Shown here in pieces: positions 37,706 to 46,007 of a stretch of DNA of 64,000 nucleotides. The position numbers and the translations under genes were made by a program. The DNA is from Rhodothermales bacterium (GTDB taxonomy: Bacteria > Bacteroidota > Rhodothermia > Rhodothermales > VXPQ01), in assembly GCA_022821845.1 (NCBI GenBank), contig JAJECT010000019.1:65814-129813 (forward strand), in the 5' to 3' direction. The notes beneath the pieces are model-generated. The model saw only the letters and a program-made list of their open reading frames with translations, did not search any database and was not told the DNA's origin. The stretch's first letter is position 1, and each line of letters starts with the position of its first letter.

Positions 37706-37746
37706 CAAAACCCCACGCGCCGCGCAAAAGATCCCTGATGCAAAAA
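37706..37746. repeat. Copy B of the 41-bp intergenic direct repeat (CAAAACCCCACGCGCCGCGCAAAAGATCCCTGATGCAAAAA)
   Basis: Read directly. It follows the terminator hairpin after the PorV-like gene and lies 36 nt before the start of the 581-aa gene, reading on the minus strand. Confidence 0.85.
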
Positions 37747-37773
37747 AGGGCAGACCGCATATGCGGCCCGCCC
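37742..37773 (-). terminator. Rho-independent terminator after the PorV-like gene
   Basis: The minus-strand RNA reads GGGCGGGCCGC-AUAU-GCGGUCUGCCC followed by UUUUUU. This gives an 11-bp stem with two G-U wobbles. Those positions would be A-C mismatches on the plus strand, so the hairpin is strand-specific. Confidence 0.75.
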
Positions 37774-37805
37774 TTTTTCAACCATGAAAAACGGATGTCG
37801 TTCGC

Positions 37806-38846
37806 TCAAAGCGTGAACGTTGCAGCGAACACGTTGACGCTGCTGAACACCTTCGAAGGACGGTAGGCGTAATCCACCATCAACCGGCTCGGGCCGATCG
37901 GAAGCAAAAGTCCGCCGCCTATGTTCCACTCGGACCAGTGCACCAGCTCCTGTTCGGTGGCGACGTCCACGCCCCCGCGCACGAAGAGCAGGTTCTGGAA
38001 ATTCAATTCCAGCCCGCCTGCATACTGGTTCACGTCGTACGAATTAGACCGATAGTTCGCCAGCACCGTCGCGGTCATGTCGCTGGTGAACTCCCGCTCG
38101 TACACGGCCCCGAAATTCAGCATCGAAGGCAACTCCGATTTTACGTCCCGTATCTCGGCGGGCACTTCGTAGTCCCCAACCGTGCTGCTCGACGTAATGA
38201 TCGGGTCCTGAAGCCCTACGCCATTGAAACTGAACTGAGGCCCGAAGTTGCGCAAGCTGACGCCGAAGCGCAACCCGGACTCGCCCACGATGTAGGTCAT
38301 GCCCGCGTCCAGCGCCACGGTGCGGGCGTCGATATCGTCGATGCGCTGGCTAAGCCCCTTGAAGGTTATGCCCGCAGCGATGCGGTCCGTCAACTGGCGG
38401 CCATACGTGAGGCCCACGGCGATCGTGGCGGCGGACCAGGTGTTGTTCGGGTCGTTTTCGGGGTTCTCCACCGTGGTCTCGGGAATGTCCCCGTAATCCC
38501 AGCTCGTTACCGTAAGCCCGATATTGCTGGAACCGAAGCGCTGCGCCACGCCAAAGTAGTTGACGCCCGTATCCGCTATGTAATTCATGCGGCTGAACAT
38601 GGCGGTCGTGCTTTGATTGACCAGAATGGCCGCCGGATTCGAAATGAGCGCCTCTACGCCCGAAGCGCCGTTCATCCCGCCGGTCATGGTGGACGCCAGC
38701 GAAATCGTGCGCGGGGTAACCGGCACCGTCAACTCGGACAGCGCAGAGGTCCCGAACCGCTCGTTGCTTTGCCCCAGGGCCTCGAACGCAACGAGTCCCG
38801 GCAAGAGGGCCAACACGACGACAAGGTGTCGATATTGCTTTTTCAT
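37806..38846 (-). CDS. PorV/PorQ-family outer-membrane beta-barrel protein
   Basis: Signal peptide MKKQYRHLVVVLALLPGLVAFEALGQ. The N-terminal motif ...GGMNGASGVEALISNPAAI resembles the PorV G-x-G...NPA signature. The rest shows an alternating beta-strand pattern, ends in an aromatic-rich C-terminus (...VNVFAATFTL), and is 346 aa long. Confidence 0.6.
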   Translation of the reverse strand: MKKQYRHLVVVLALLPGLVAFEALGQSNERFGTSALSELTVPVTPRTISLASTMTGGMNGASGVEALISNPAAILVNQSTTAMFSRMNYIADTGVNYFGVAQRFGSSNIGLTVTSWDYGDIPETTVENPENDPNNTWSAATIAVGLTYGRQLTDRIAAGITFKGLSQRIDDIDARTVALDAGMTYIVGESGLRFGVSLRNFGPQFSFNGVGLQDPIITSSSTVGDYEVPAEIRDVKSELPSMLNFGAVYEREFTSDMTATVLANYRSNSYDVNQYAGGLELNFQNLLFVRGGVDVATEQELVHWSEWNIGGGLLLPIGPSRLMVDYAYRPSKVFSSVNVFAATFTL

Positions 38847-38880
38847 GGTTTTGAGCCTTTAGGTCTCGTGTTCGGTTCGA

Positions 38881-41800
38881 TTAGAAGATGTTGATGTTCG
38901 TTTCCCGGTTGATGACGCCGAACTTCATGACCTTCTCCCCAGCGCCCGGAACGTCGATATGCAGGAAATACATGCCGCTCGCTACCGGCAAGTTGCTGTC
39001 CGTCGTCAGGTTCCAGTCCAGCGAGGGGCTCGGACCGTCCTTGTACAACGTGCGAACCAGCGTACCGCTCACCGTATAGACGCGGATGGTCGCCGTCTGG
39101 GGCATGTTCGTGAAACGCACCCGCCGATCCTCGTTGCCCGTCTCGTACGCCGAACGGCCGCGGTACGGGTTCGGTACGATGCCGATGTCGTCGATGGAGG
39201 CCTCCAGCACGGAAGCGTCCTCCGTCGTGCGGCCCATGCCCGCCGTTACGATGCGGAACACGTCGCCTGGCTGGTGCGGCTTCGTGGTCGTGATGCGAAA
39301 CACGGTGCCCGTCTCCGGCCCGGACTGTAAGTAGCTGTCAGGACCCGTAGCCTTCGTTACGTCTCCGCCGTTCCACAATACGAACACCGTGCGGGACATG
39401 TAATTCCATACGTCGCACTCCGGTATTTTCGCATCCCCCGGCGGATAGTACCAGTCCGAACAACCGGCGTCCAACGCGCCCGCGCCCAGCTCCTCGTACT
39501 TCGCCATCGCGTCTTCGTAGCCCTGCTGCCCCGGCGTATCGTTCGTCGGATGCATTACGTACACCGGATCCGTCCACGGATCGTTGAACGCGCCGGACAC
39601 CTCGTGATCCGCCCAGTGCGCATCCGCTGTTGGATCCAGCGCATCGTACATAAGGCTCCACTTGCCGTCGTCGCCCAAATCGAACAGGAACGGCACCAGG
39701 CGCACGTCGTCCGAAGCGTCCGGGCTCGTACCCACGTTCCACCACTCGAAGGGCACGTCCACTACCTGTCCCTTGGTGACGCTTGACCATCCCGGCTTGC
39801 TCCATGCCTTGCCGTTGCCCGTGAAACGCACCTCTACGTCGTTCGGAACGATATGCCCAACCCCGTTGAACGACGCGCCAAAACCGCCCGTGAACTGAAG
39901 CGTTCTTGGCAGAAAGGCGCCGTAAGCTCTGCGATTCCCGTTCGGCCAGGTGTGAACGAACCAACCGAAATCGCTATTGTTCGTGGACTGCTGCGTAGGG
40001 ATGGCGGCTGCCTGTGGCGTTGGCACGCCGGCCGGGCCAGGAAATCCTGCCCAGTTCGCAGCGGCCCAGGCCGGGGGCGAAAGCGGGCCTGCCGCATTCG
40101 CCACCACTTGAAAAGCGTCGAACGCAGGCGTCGGCGCATCGATCGTAACCGCAAGGCCGTCGAATATCATAACGTCTTTCCCAAGCGGCGTCTCGTCGCC
40201 CGTGCGCGCAAAATAATCGACCCCGTCGATGATCACCTTCCCGTCGGAATCGCGCGTGATCGTGTAGGCCGCTTTGCCCGCGCCGACTGCGCCATCCGGG
40301 CCGGCCACTTCGTCCAGCGCCATGAACTCTACCGTGTAGCTCGCGCCGGTAACCGCCGCCGGGTCCACCACGCGCCAATAAACCACGCCCTGTCCGCTTT
40401 GCATAATCGTAACCGCCGAAGAATCCTCCGTCGCGAAATCGCTGTTCAGCGACGAACCGCCTTCCGTGGAGGCAATCTTCGACGGACGAAACGTAATGTT
40501 CGTCGGCGCGCTTTCCAGAATCTTCGGCGTGGAGTTGGGACTGTAGGCGTACGCAGAAATCCCGTAGTAATAATCCGTGTAGTTCGTCAGGTTCGGCAAT
40601 GCGAGGTTGTACCGTATCCCGCTATCCGTGCCCCGCGCCGACACCGCCGGAAGAAAATCGCCCACGTCCCCGTCGAATACATCGTCCAGCACCTTGGTGA
40701 CCCCGTTCGCCACATCGAAGGTGGCCACCAGTTCGCGCTTGTCCGAAGCAAACGACGACGTGGGGTACCGATAGATATTGAATCCCTCGAACGTATACGT
40801 CTTGTCTTCGAGCTCGAATTCGTCCAGGAACCGGTCCGCCACGTCGTACGCCAGGAGGTAGTTATCGCTATTCGACGGATAGCCCCACACGAGATGCGCC
40901 TGCCCGTCCAGTTCCGAAGCGTACAGACAATGACCCGATCCCGGGTGCAGCTCGGCATTGGAGGAATTCGAATTGCAAAGCGGCGGGGCGGGCGGCGGCA
41001 GTGGAATATCGAAGTCGGCGTCGTAGGCTGTCTGCGCCAGAATGTCCGCGGCCCGCAGCGCCGTAACGGAACTCAGGTTGTCCCCGGCCTGCGCAAACAC
41101 CACCCCGAACACGATGTCCTGGCTATCTCCAGGCTGCACCGTAAACGGCCCGGTGGATACCACCAGACGACGGTCGCCTGACTGATTTCGTCCGCCGGAA
41201 CCATCGTTGTTTACCTCGCTCCAGAACTCGCCGGTAACCGGATCGCCCGCATAGGCGAACTTGGTTGCCGGCCCATCCGTTTGAAAACCGTTTCCGCCCG
41301 TCGTAAGCGACTGTCCGCCACTCCAGAAACCCTGTTGTACGTTGTACACCTCCTGAGCGACATGCGGATCCTCCGTACCGTCGGGACCGCCGTTGATGAA
41401 ATACATGAAACTGGTTACGCCCAGCGTATCGCCATCCTCCGTAATGGGTCCCTGAAAAAAGTCGTAGCCCGCCGCGGGCGCCGGACCGTACACATTGTCC
41501 ATGGCATTGTCGTTGTACACATAGCCCAGGCTCAGCGTGGTGTCCACGCCCACGAAATCGTCCGACGCATTCCCCAAATCCGGATCGGAGAAAATGGACA
41601 GAAACGTATTGGTAAGCGGTTCCACGCCCTTGTACGTTACGTTGTACTTGAAGAATGTCGTGTTGCCCAACGCATCCGCCCGGTTGAACGCAAAGGCGTG
41701 CACCCGCACCTCTACGCCGATCGGCGCAGCCTGCGTGTTGCGGTGCGCATTCCCCACATCGTTCATAATCCACCACACCGCCTGATCGCCAATCAAGTCG

Positions 41801-42411
41801 GGACGGTCGCCTGCCGCAAGGTCGTAATTGCCCTCCGTGCCGTCCCCGTCTATCACCGGAGCGCCCAGATCGTACGGCCATTCCGCCAGATCCGCGGTCG
41901 CCTGCCCCGTCGCCTCGTAGTTCTGAATATCGCTTCGACTCACCTTGTACAGGCGATCATACGCCGAGCAATCGTCCGGATTCACCGGGCGCCCGTCCGA
42001 CCCCAAGGGACCCGGCCAGAATTCAAAGTTGCTGTACGTGGAGCCCGCGGTGCGCAACTCGTCCCCCACCATGCCGCCTATCCAGATGCCCATCGCATAG
42101 ATAGGGGAGTGCCCGGAGGCTTTGGGCACAATGTACTGCGCCTCGGCGCCGTTGCCGTAGGCAATGCTCCCGATATTGAAAAGACGAACGCGGGCATTGT
42201 TGGCGTCCAGGTCTTTCTGCGCCAGGCCCAGCGTGCACTTCCCGGGATCCGGACCCGATCCGCTGGTTCGCAGCAGGGTGGATGAAGACTCGGTTTGCCG
42301 CTTCTTCTTGTCCTTGTCGTCCTTGTCCTTATCCGTGTCTGCGAAAGCGCTGGACGCAGGGATCAGGCACGCGGCGAAAATGAACGGCAGGTATCGTGTA
42401 AGCTGCTTCAT
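38881..42411 (-). CDS. Large (1176 aa) secreted protein of unknown function: the same N-terminal module as 35924..37669, a central insertion of about 590 aa, and a T9SS-type C-terminal sorting domain
   Basis: MKQLTRYLPFIFAACLIPASSAFA, then DTDKDKDDKDKKKRQ. The N-module is co-linear with the short paralog (FEFWPGPLGSDGRPVNPDDC, WPYDLGAPVIDGDGTEGNYDL, WWIMNDVGN, NTTFFKYNVTYKG). The central region has an FN3-like stretch, YTFEGFNIYRY. The C-terminus reads VPNPYRGRSAYE...ATIRVYTVSGTLVRTL...ASGMYFLHIDVPGAGEKVMKFGVINRETNINIF. Confidence 0.85.
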   Translation of the reverse strand: MKQLTRYLPFIFAACLIPASSAFADTDKDKDDKDKKKRQTESSSTLLRTSGSGPDPGKCTLGLAQKDLDANNARVRLFNIGSIAYGNGAEAQYIVPKASGHSPIYAMGIWIGGMVGDELRTAGSTYSNFEFWPGPLGSDGRPVNPDDCSAYDRLYKVSRSDIQNYEATGQATADLAEWPYDLGAPVIDGDGTEGNYDLAAGDRPDLIGDQAVWWIMNDVGNAHRNTQAAPIGVEVRVHAFAFNRADALGNTTFFKYNVTYKGVEPLTNTFLSIFSDPDLGNASDDFVGVDTTLSLGYVYNDNAMDNVYGPAPAAGYDFFQGPITEDGDTLGVTSFMYFINGGPDGTEDPHVAQEVYNVQQGFWSGGQSLTTGGNGFQTDGPATKFAYAGDPVTGEFWSEVNNDGSGGRNQSGDRRLVVSTGPFTVQPGDSQDIVFGVVFAQAGDNLSSVTALRAADILAQTAYDADFDIPLPPPAPPLCNSNSSNAELHPGSGHCLYASELDGQAHLVWGYPSNSDNYLLAYDVADRFLDEFELEDKTYTFEGFNIYRYPTSSFASDKRELVATFDVANGVTKVLDDVFDGDVGDFLPAVSARGTDSGIRYNLALPNLTNYTDYYYGISAYAYSPNSTPKILESAPTNITFRPSKIASTEGGSSLNSDFATEDSSAVTIMQSGQGVVYWRVVDPAAVTGASYTVEFMALDEVAGPDGAVGAGKAAYTITRDSDGKVIIDGVDYFARTGDETPLGKDVMIFDGLAVTIDAPTPAFDAFQVVANAAGPLSPPAWAAANWAGFPGPAGVPTPQAAAIPTQQSTNNSDFGWFVHTWPNGNRRAYGAFLPRTLQFTGGFGASFNGVGHIVPNDVEVRFTGNGKAWSKPGWSSVTKGQVVDVPFEWWNVGTSPDASDDVRLVPFLFDLGDDGKWSLMYDALDPTADAHWADHEVSGAFNDPWTDPVYVMHPTNDTPGQQGYEDAMAKYEELGAGALDAGCSDWYYPPGDAKIPECDVWNYMSRTVFVLWNGGDVTKATGPDSYLQSGPETGTVFRITTTKPHQPGDVFRIVTAGMGRTTEDASVLEASIDDIGIVPNPYRGRSAYETGNEDRRVRFTNMPQTATIRVYTVSGTLVRTLYKDGPSPSLDWNLTTDSNLPVASGMYFLHIDVPGAGEKVMKFGVINRETNINIF

Positions 42412-42453
42412 GAGCGTATGAGGCGTTGCGTTCGGTAAAATTTCCTGATCACG

Positions 42454-45400
42454 TTAAAAGTTGAGCGCGAATCCCAGTCGGAACCGGCGGGGCCTGCTGT
42501 ACATCAGGCTGGAAGCCGACGTATGCCTGCTGCCCACATTCACCGGGCCGCCAATGTACGTATTGTACAAAAACGCCGTAGAGGCAGGATCCGGTTGCGT
42601 GGCAAGATACCCGCGTCCGCCATCGGTCATCAGATACCCGTCGGTGTTGGGCAGGCCGGTAGACCGGAAAACCGCCAGCACGTTCTGCGTATCGAACAGA
42701 TTCTGCACGATCAGGTAGGCCGTGAGCGAAGAAGTCCCCACGCGGAAGCGCCGGTCCAGCCGCACATCGATGCGCGAGGTGGACGGAAGGCGCGCCGAAT
42801 TTACGGAACCGATCGCGTCGTCGGTGAAACTGTCGTTCACATTGAACGACGAGCCGCCCAGCGCGGTGTACGCCATGCCGCTGCCATACCGGGCCAGGAT
42901 GTTCAGGCCCATGTTCTGGAGCAAGCGATTTCCCCCGATGGAAGGCCCTTCGCCTTCGCCGAAGCGATAGTCCACCGAAGCGTTCATCGTATGCCGCTGA
43001 TCGAAGTCCGCCGGGGCAATGGTGTTTGGGAACACCGATCCGCGCCAGACGATCACCGACGTGGCGCCGGCGTCCGACCCCGTGCCCTGCGCGAACGCCA
43101 GCGTATAGTTGGCCGTCACGGCCAGGTTGCGCGTCCGCCGCAGGTCAAACCCGAACTCGACGCCCTTGGTGGTCGTAAAGTCCGCGTTCAGGTACGTACC
43201 GTAGGAGGGGAAGCCCCCTATCAGGCGACGGTTGCTGATCTTGTTCTCCTGCGTCCGGTAGAACCCGGAGATCGTAAGCGCCGTGCTGGTTCCGAGCCGC
43301 TGCCGGAAGCCCAGTTCGTACTGCACGGTCCGTTCCGGCTTCAGTTTCGGATTCGCCGTACGGGAATTCTGCGTAGTGATTTCCTCGTAGGCCCGGAACG
43401 TCGTGAACGCAGCCTCCGAGGGACGCTGGCTGGTTACGTTGTAGGAGGCGAAGAACACCGCCCGGTCGGTAACCGGGAAGCTGACCCCGATGCGGGGCAT
43501 GAACGTAGCCTGCGGCGTATACTCTTCGAACGCAGTAGAAATAGGTTCGTCGGTCGGCCGCACCTGACCGGAAAGGTCGTTTACGATGCGCAGCGCATCC
43601 ACGCGGGAGCCTGCCGCATCGAAGAAATTCCCGTCCAGGTCCCGATATCCGACCACGTCGCCTGAATCGTTGAAGTACACCGCATCGCCCGAACCAATGC
43701 CGGAGGGCGCGCCATCTACCGATCCCGCCCGGATAATGGGCCGCGGGGCGTAGATGTCCTTCAGCACCGGCGTGTTGTTGTCGAACACCTCGAGGCGTAC
43801 GCCAAGGTTCAGGATCAGGTCGCGATACTCGATCTTGTCCTGCAAATACCCGCCGTAATAGATGGGCTGGCGCGGCTCGACATACAATGCCTCCTCTTCG
43901 TTCTCCCGATCAAAGTACGCCTGAATATTCTGCTCGTTCACTTCCTTCTGCCCCCGAAAATCGTAGCCGTAGTAGCTGGTGCGAGGCCGGAAGGCGTTGA
44001 ACGGCAACTCGCCGTACGTGGCGTAGCAGGCATCCTGTTCGCAATTATCGTCCTGGGCGTACCGGGACAGCCCGAAACCGCCTATGCTATACCAGCGCTG
44101 GGTAAACGTGCGGTATTCCCCGCCAAACTCCAGCTGATGCAAGCCAATCTGCGCCGTAGCGTTCCCGGATACCTGAAACGTTTTCCGGTCCTGCTTCTGG
44201 AACGTGGCCAACGGACTGCCAGGCAAAGAGAACGTAATCCCCACAGCCGATCCCCCGCCTGCCGTGCCGTCCGCCCTGTACAGCGGGCCGTACCCCGCGC
44301 TCCGCAAAGCGAAATACCGGCTTACCGTCTCCAGATAATCGCCCTGAAGGTCTCCGTAGGTAAACGCTTCTTCCACCTCGCCGGAAAATCCGTTGGGATA
44401 CAGCAGATAGTTGTAATCCTGGTACGACGCGTCGATCTGGTAGAAGAAATTCGAGGCGAAACGCTGGCGCAAGGTGCCGTAGACCCGCCAGGTATCATCC
44501 TCCCGGTGATAGAACGACTGCGTATTGAACACATGCCTGCCATACCCGAGCGACTCGGACCGCTGGGTTTCGTACGCGCCGCCTACGCGCAACGTAATGG
44601 TTTGCGTAGGCTGAATCGTGAAATTACCGGTTAAAATCGTCTGATTGAACGGGCTGTCTTTCGACGGCTCCAGCGTAAAGTCTTCCCGCCGGTACGTATC
44701 CGGCGCATTGATGAGCCCACCTCCGTCGAGTGCATACCCCTCGGGAAGGTTTAATAAGGAAGCCAGCGAATCCGGCTTAATGAGCTCCTCGTTGTCGAAG
44801 GCGGCCTGGGCCGCGTCCCACGGAAAGGGCAGATACAGAGAATCTCCGGCAGGCCCGATGGCCCGCACCACCTGCGGATTGGCGTTGAGCGCGGCCAGCT
44901 GGTCCTCGCTAAGCTGGTACGTGGACACGCCCCACGGACTGGAATCGTTTTGTCGGCCGTACTGCGCGTTCACAATGAAGCTGAGGCGTCCGGGAAGAAT
45001 GGGTCCGCCCAGCGAAATCTCGCCGAGGCTATGCCCGTAACTGTCGAGCCCTTGCGAAGTATAGGCCCCCACGGTGCCGAAAAAGCTGTCGGCGCCGCCC
45101 TTTGTCGTAATCGACACCACGCCCGCCTGGGCGTCGCCGTACTTGGCGGGAATGGTTCCGATCAGCATTTCCTGCTCCTGAATGGCGATGCGCGGAATGG
45201 CCTGCCCGCCCGATATCCGTACGCCGTCCACATAATACGCGAGCTCCTGTTCGCGACCGCCGCGCACAAAGAGTCCCGTCCCCTCCGACGTAACCACGCC
45301 GCTTTGCAAGGACGCCACATTGGCGACGCCGCGGATCGGGAGCAACACCAGATCGTCGCTGTTCATCACGCGCGGCGCCCCGATCGCATCCTTCTGGATA

Positions 45401-45771
45401 ATCGGGCGTTCGTACTCGACCACGATTTCTTCCAGTTCGGCGCCGGGCGTGAGGCTGAAATTCAACTCCCGGGTATAGCCGGCGTTGATTTCCACGTCGG
45501 ATATCGTCTGGGCCTGATACCCCACGAAGGAAGCCGTCACGTCATACGTCCCCACAGGCACGCCAATGACGAAATAGTTGCCGTCTATGTCCGAAGCCGT
45601 CCCAAGCAGGGTCCCGACCAGCACGACATTGGCGCCGGGAAGCGGTTCGCCCGTGTCGGCGTCCGTAACGACGCCAGAGAGTTTACCCGTGTTTTGCGCC
45701 AGCGCGACCGCGGGAATGACGAACAGAACGAATACGGTCGTAACGCACCGGAGCAGGGTCCGTCGCAACAT
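42454..45771 (-). CDS. TonB-dependent outer-membrane receptor with an N-terminal carboxypeptidase-regulatory-like domain (1105 aa)
   Basis: Signal peptide MLRRTLLRCVTTVFVLFVIPAVALAQ. CarboxypepD_reg: KLSGVVTDADTGEPLPGANVVLVGT...GNYFVIGVPVGTYDVTASFVGYQ. Plug: LLPIRGVANVASLQSGVV...FVRGGREQELAYYVDGVRI. Terminal barrel strand: RFRLGFALNF. SD GGAGG lies 7 nt upstream of the ATG. Confidence 0.9.
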   Translation of the reverse strand: MLRRTLLRCVTTVFVLFVIPAVALAQNTGKLSGVVTDADTGEPLPGANVVLVGTLLGTASDIDGNYFVIGVPVGTYDVTASFVGYQAQTISDVEINAGYTRELNFSLTPGAELEEIVVEYERPIIQKDAIGAPRVMNSDDLVLLPIRGVANVASLQSGVVTSEGTGLFVRGGREQELAYYVDGVRISGGQAIPRIAIQEQEMLIGTIPAKYGDAQAGVVSITTKGGADSFFGTVGAYTSQGLDSYGHSLGEISLGGPILPGRLSFIVNAQYGRQNDSSPWGVSTYQLSEDQLAALNANPQVVRAIGPAGDSLYLPFPWDAAQAAFDNEELIKPDSLASLLNLPEGYALDGGGLINAPDTYRREDFTLEPSKDSPFNQTILTGNFTIQPTQTITLRVGGAYETQRSESLGYGRHVFNTQSFYHREDDTWRVYGTLRQRFASNFFYQIDASYQDYNYLLYPNGFSGEVEEAFTYGDLQGDYLETVSRYFALRSAGYGPLYRADGTAGGGSAVGITFSLPGSPLATFQKQDRKTFQVSGNATAQIGLHQLEFGGEYRTFTQRWYSIGGFGLSRYAQDDNCEQDACYATYGELPFNAFRPRTSYYGYDFRGQKEVNEQNIQAYFDRENEEEALYVEPRQPIYYGGYLQDKIEYRDLILNLGVRLEVFDNNTPVLKDIYAPRPIIRAGSVDGAPSGIGSGDAVYFNDSGDVVGYRDLDGNFFDAAGSRVDALRIVNDLSGQVRPTDEPISTAFEEYTPQATFMPRIGVSFPVTDRAVFFASYNVTSQRPSEAAFTTFRAYEEITTQNSRTANPKLKPERTVQYELGFRQRLGTSTALTISGFYRTQENKISNRRLIGGFPSYGTYLNADFTTTKGVEFGFDLRRTRNLAVTANYTLAFAQGTGSDAGATSVIVWRGSVFPNTIAPADFDQRHTMNASVDYRFGEGEGPSIGGNRLLQNMGLNILARYGSGMAYTALGGSSFNVNDSFTDDAIGSVNSARLPSTSRIDVRLDRRFRVGTSSLTAYLIVQNLFDTQNVLAVFRSTGLPNTDGYLMTDGGRGYLATQPDPASTAFLYNTYIGGPVNVGSRHTSASSLMYSRPRRFRLGFALNF

Positions 45772-45930
45772 GTGCTACCTCCTGTGATTTGGATGATGTG
45801 TGCCTGCAACGCCAGACGCTTCGAGGGGAGCCCGCGCCGGGGGTTGCCGTGTATTAGGTGTGCATACTAATATTATTGAGGGGGCGGTTGTTCCGGGCTT
45901 ACATCTCGTATCCGGAACGAATGTTTCCCG

Positions 45931-45959
45931 ATGTTACGATATTGTTACCGTTTTGTCAA
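45931..45959 (-). promoter_or_regulatory. Sigma-70-like promoter candidate for the TonB-receptor operon (TTGACA-17 nt-TAACAT)
   Basis: The minus strand reads cTTGACAaaacggtaacaatatcgTAACATcggg. The -35 is at 45959-45954 and the -10 at 45936-45931. This implies a 5' leader of about 150 nt before the ATG at 45771. Confidence 0.45.
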
Positions 45960-46007
45960 GCGCTCCGACGATTTAACCGAAAATATTTTTGAGAAAATCC
46001 TCAAAAA

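Noticed and set aside
35981-39330. Similar-looking plus-strand ORFs 35981..36718 and 38959..39330 (MNEIHAACYRQVAVRR... / MQEIHAARYRQVAVRR...)
   Set aside because: Their similarity reflects the nucleotide identity of the two minus-strand paralogs' sorting-domain regions. They are antisense frames, not a gene family.
45985-46007. AT-rich hairpin TTTTTGAG-N6-CTCAAAAA immediately after the serA stop, considered as a terminator
   Set aside because: The stem is only 8 bp and almost entirely A-T, so it is too weak to call with confidence.
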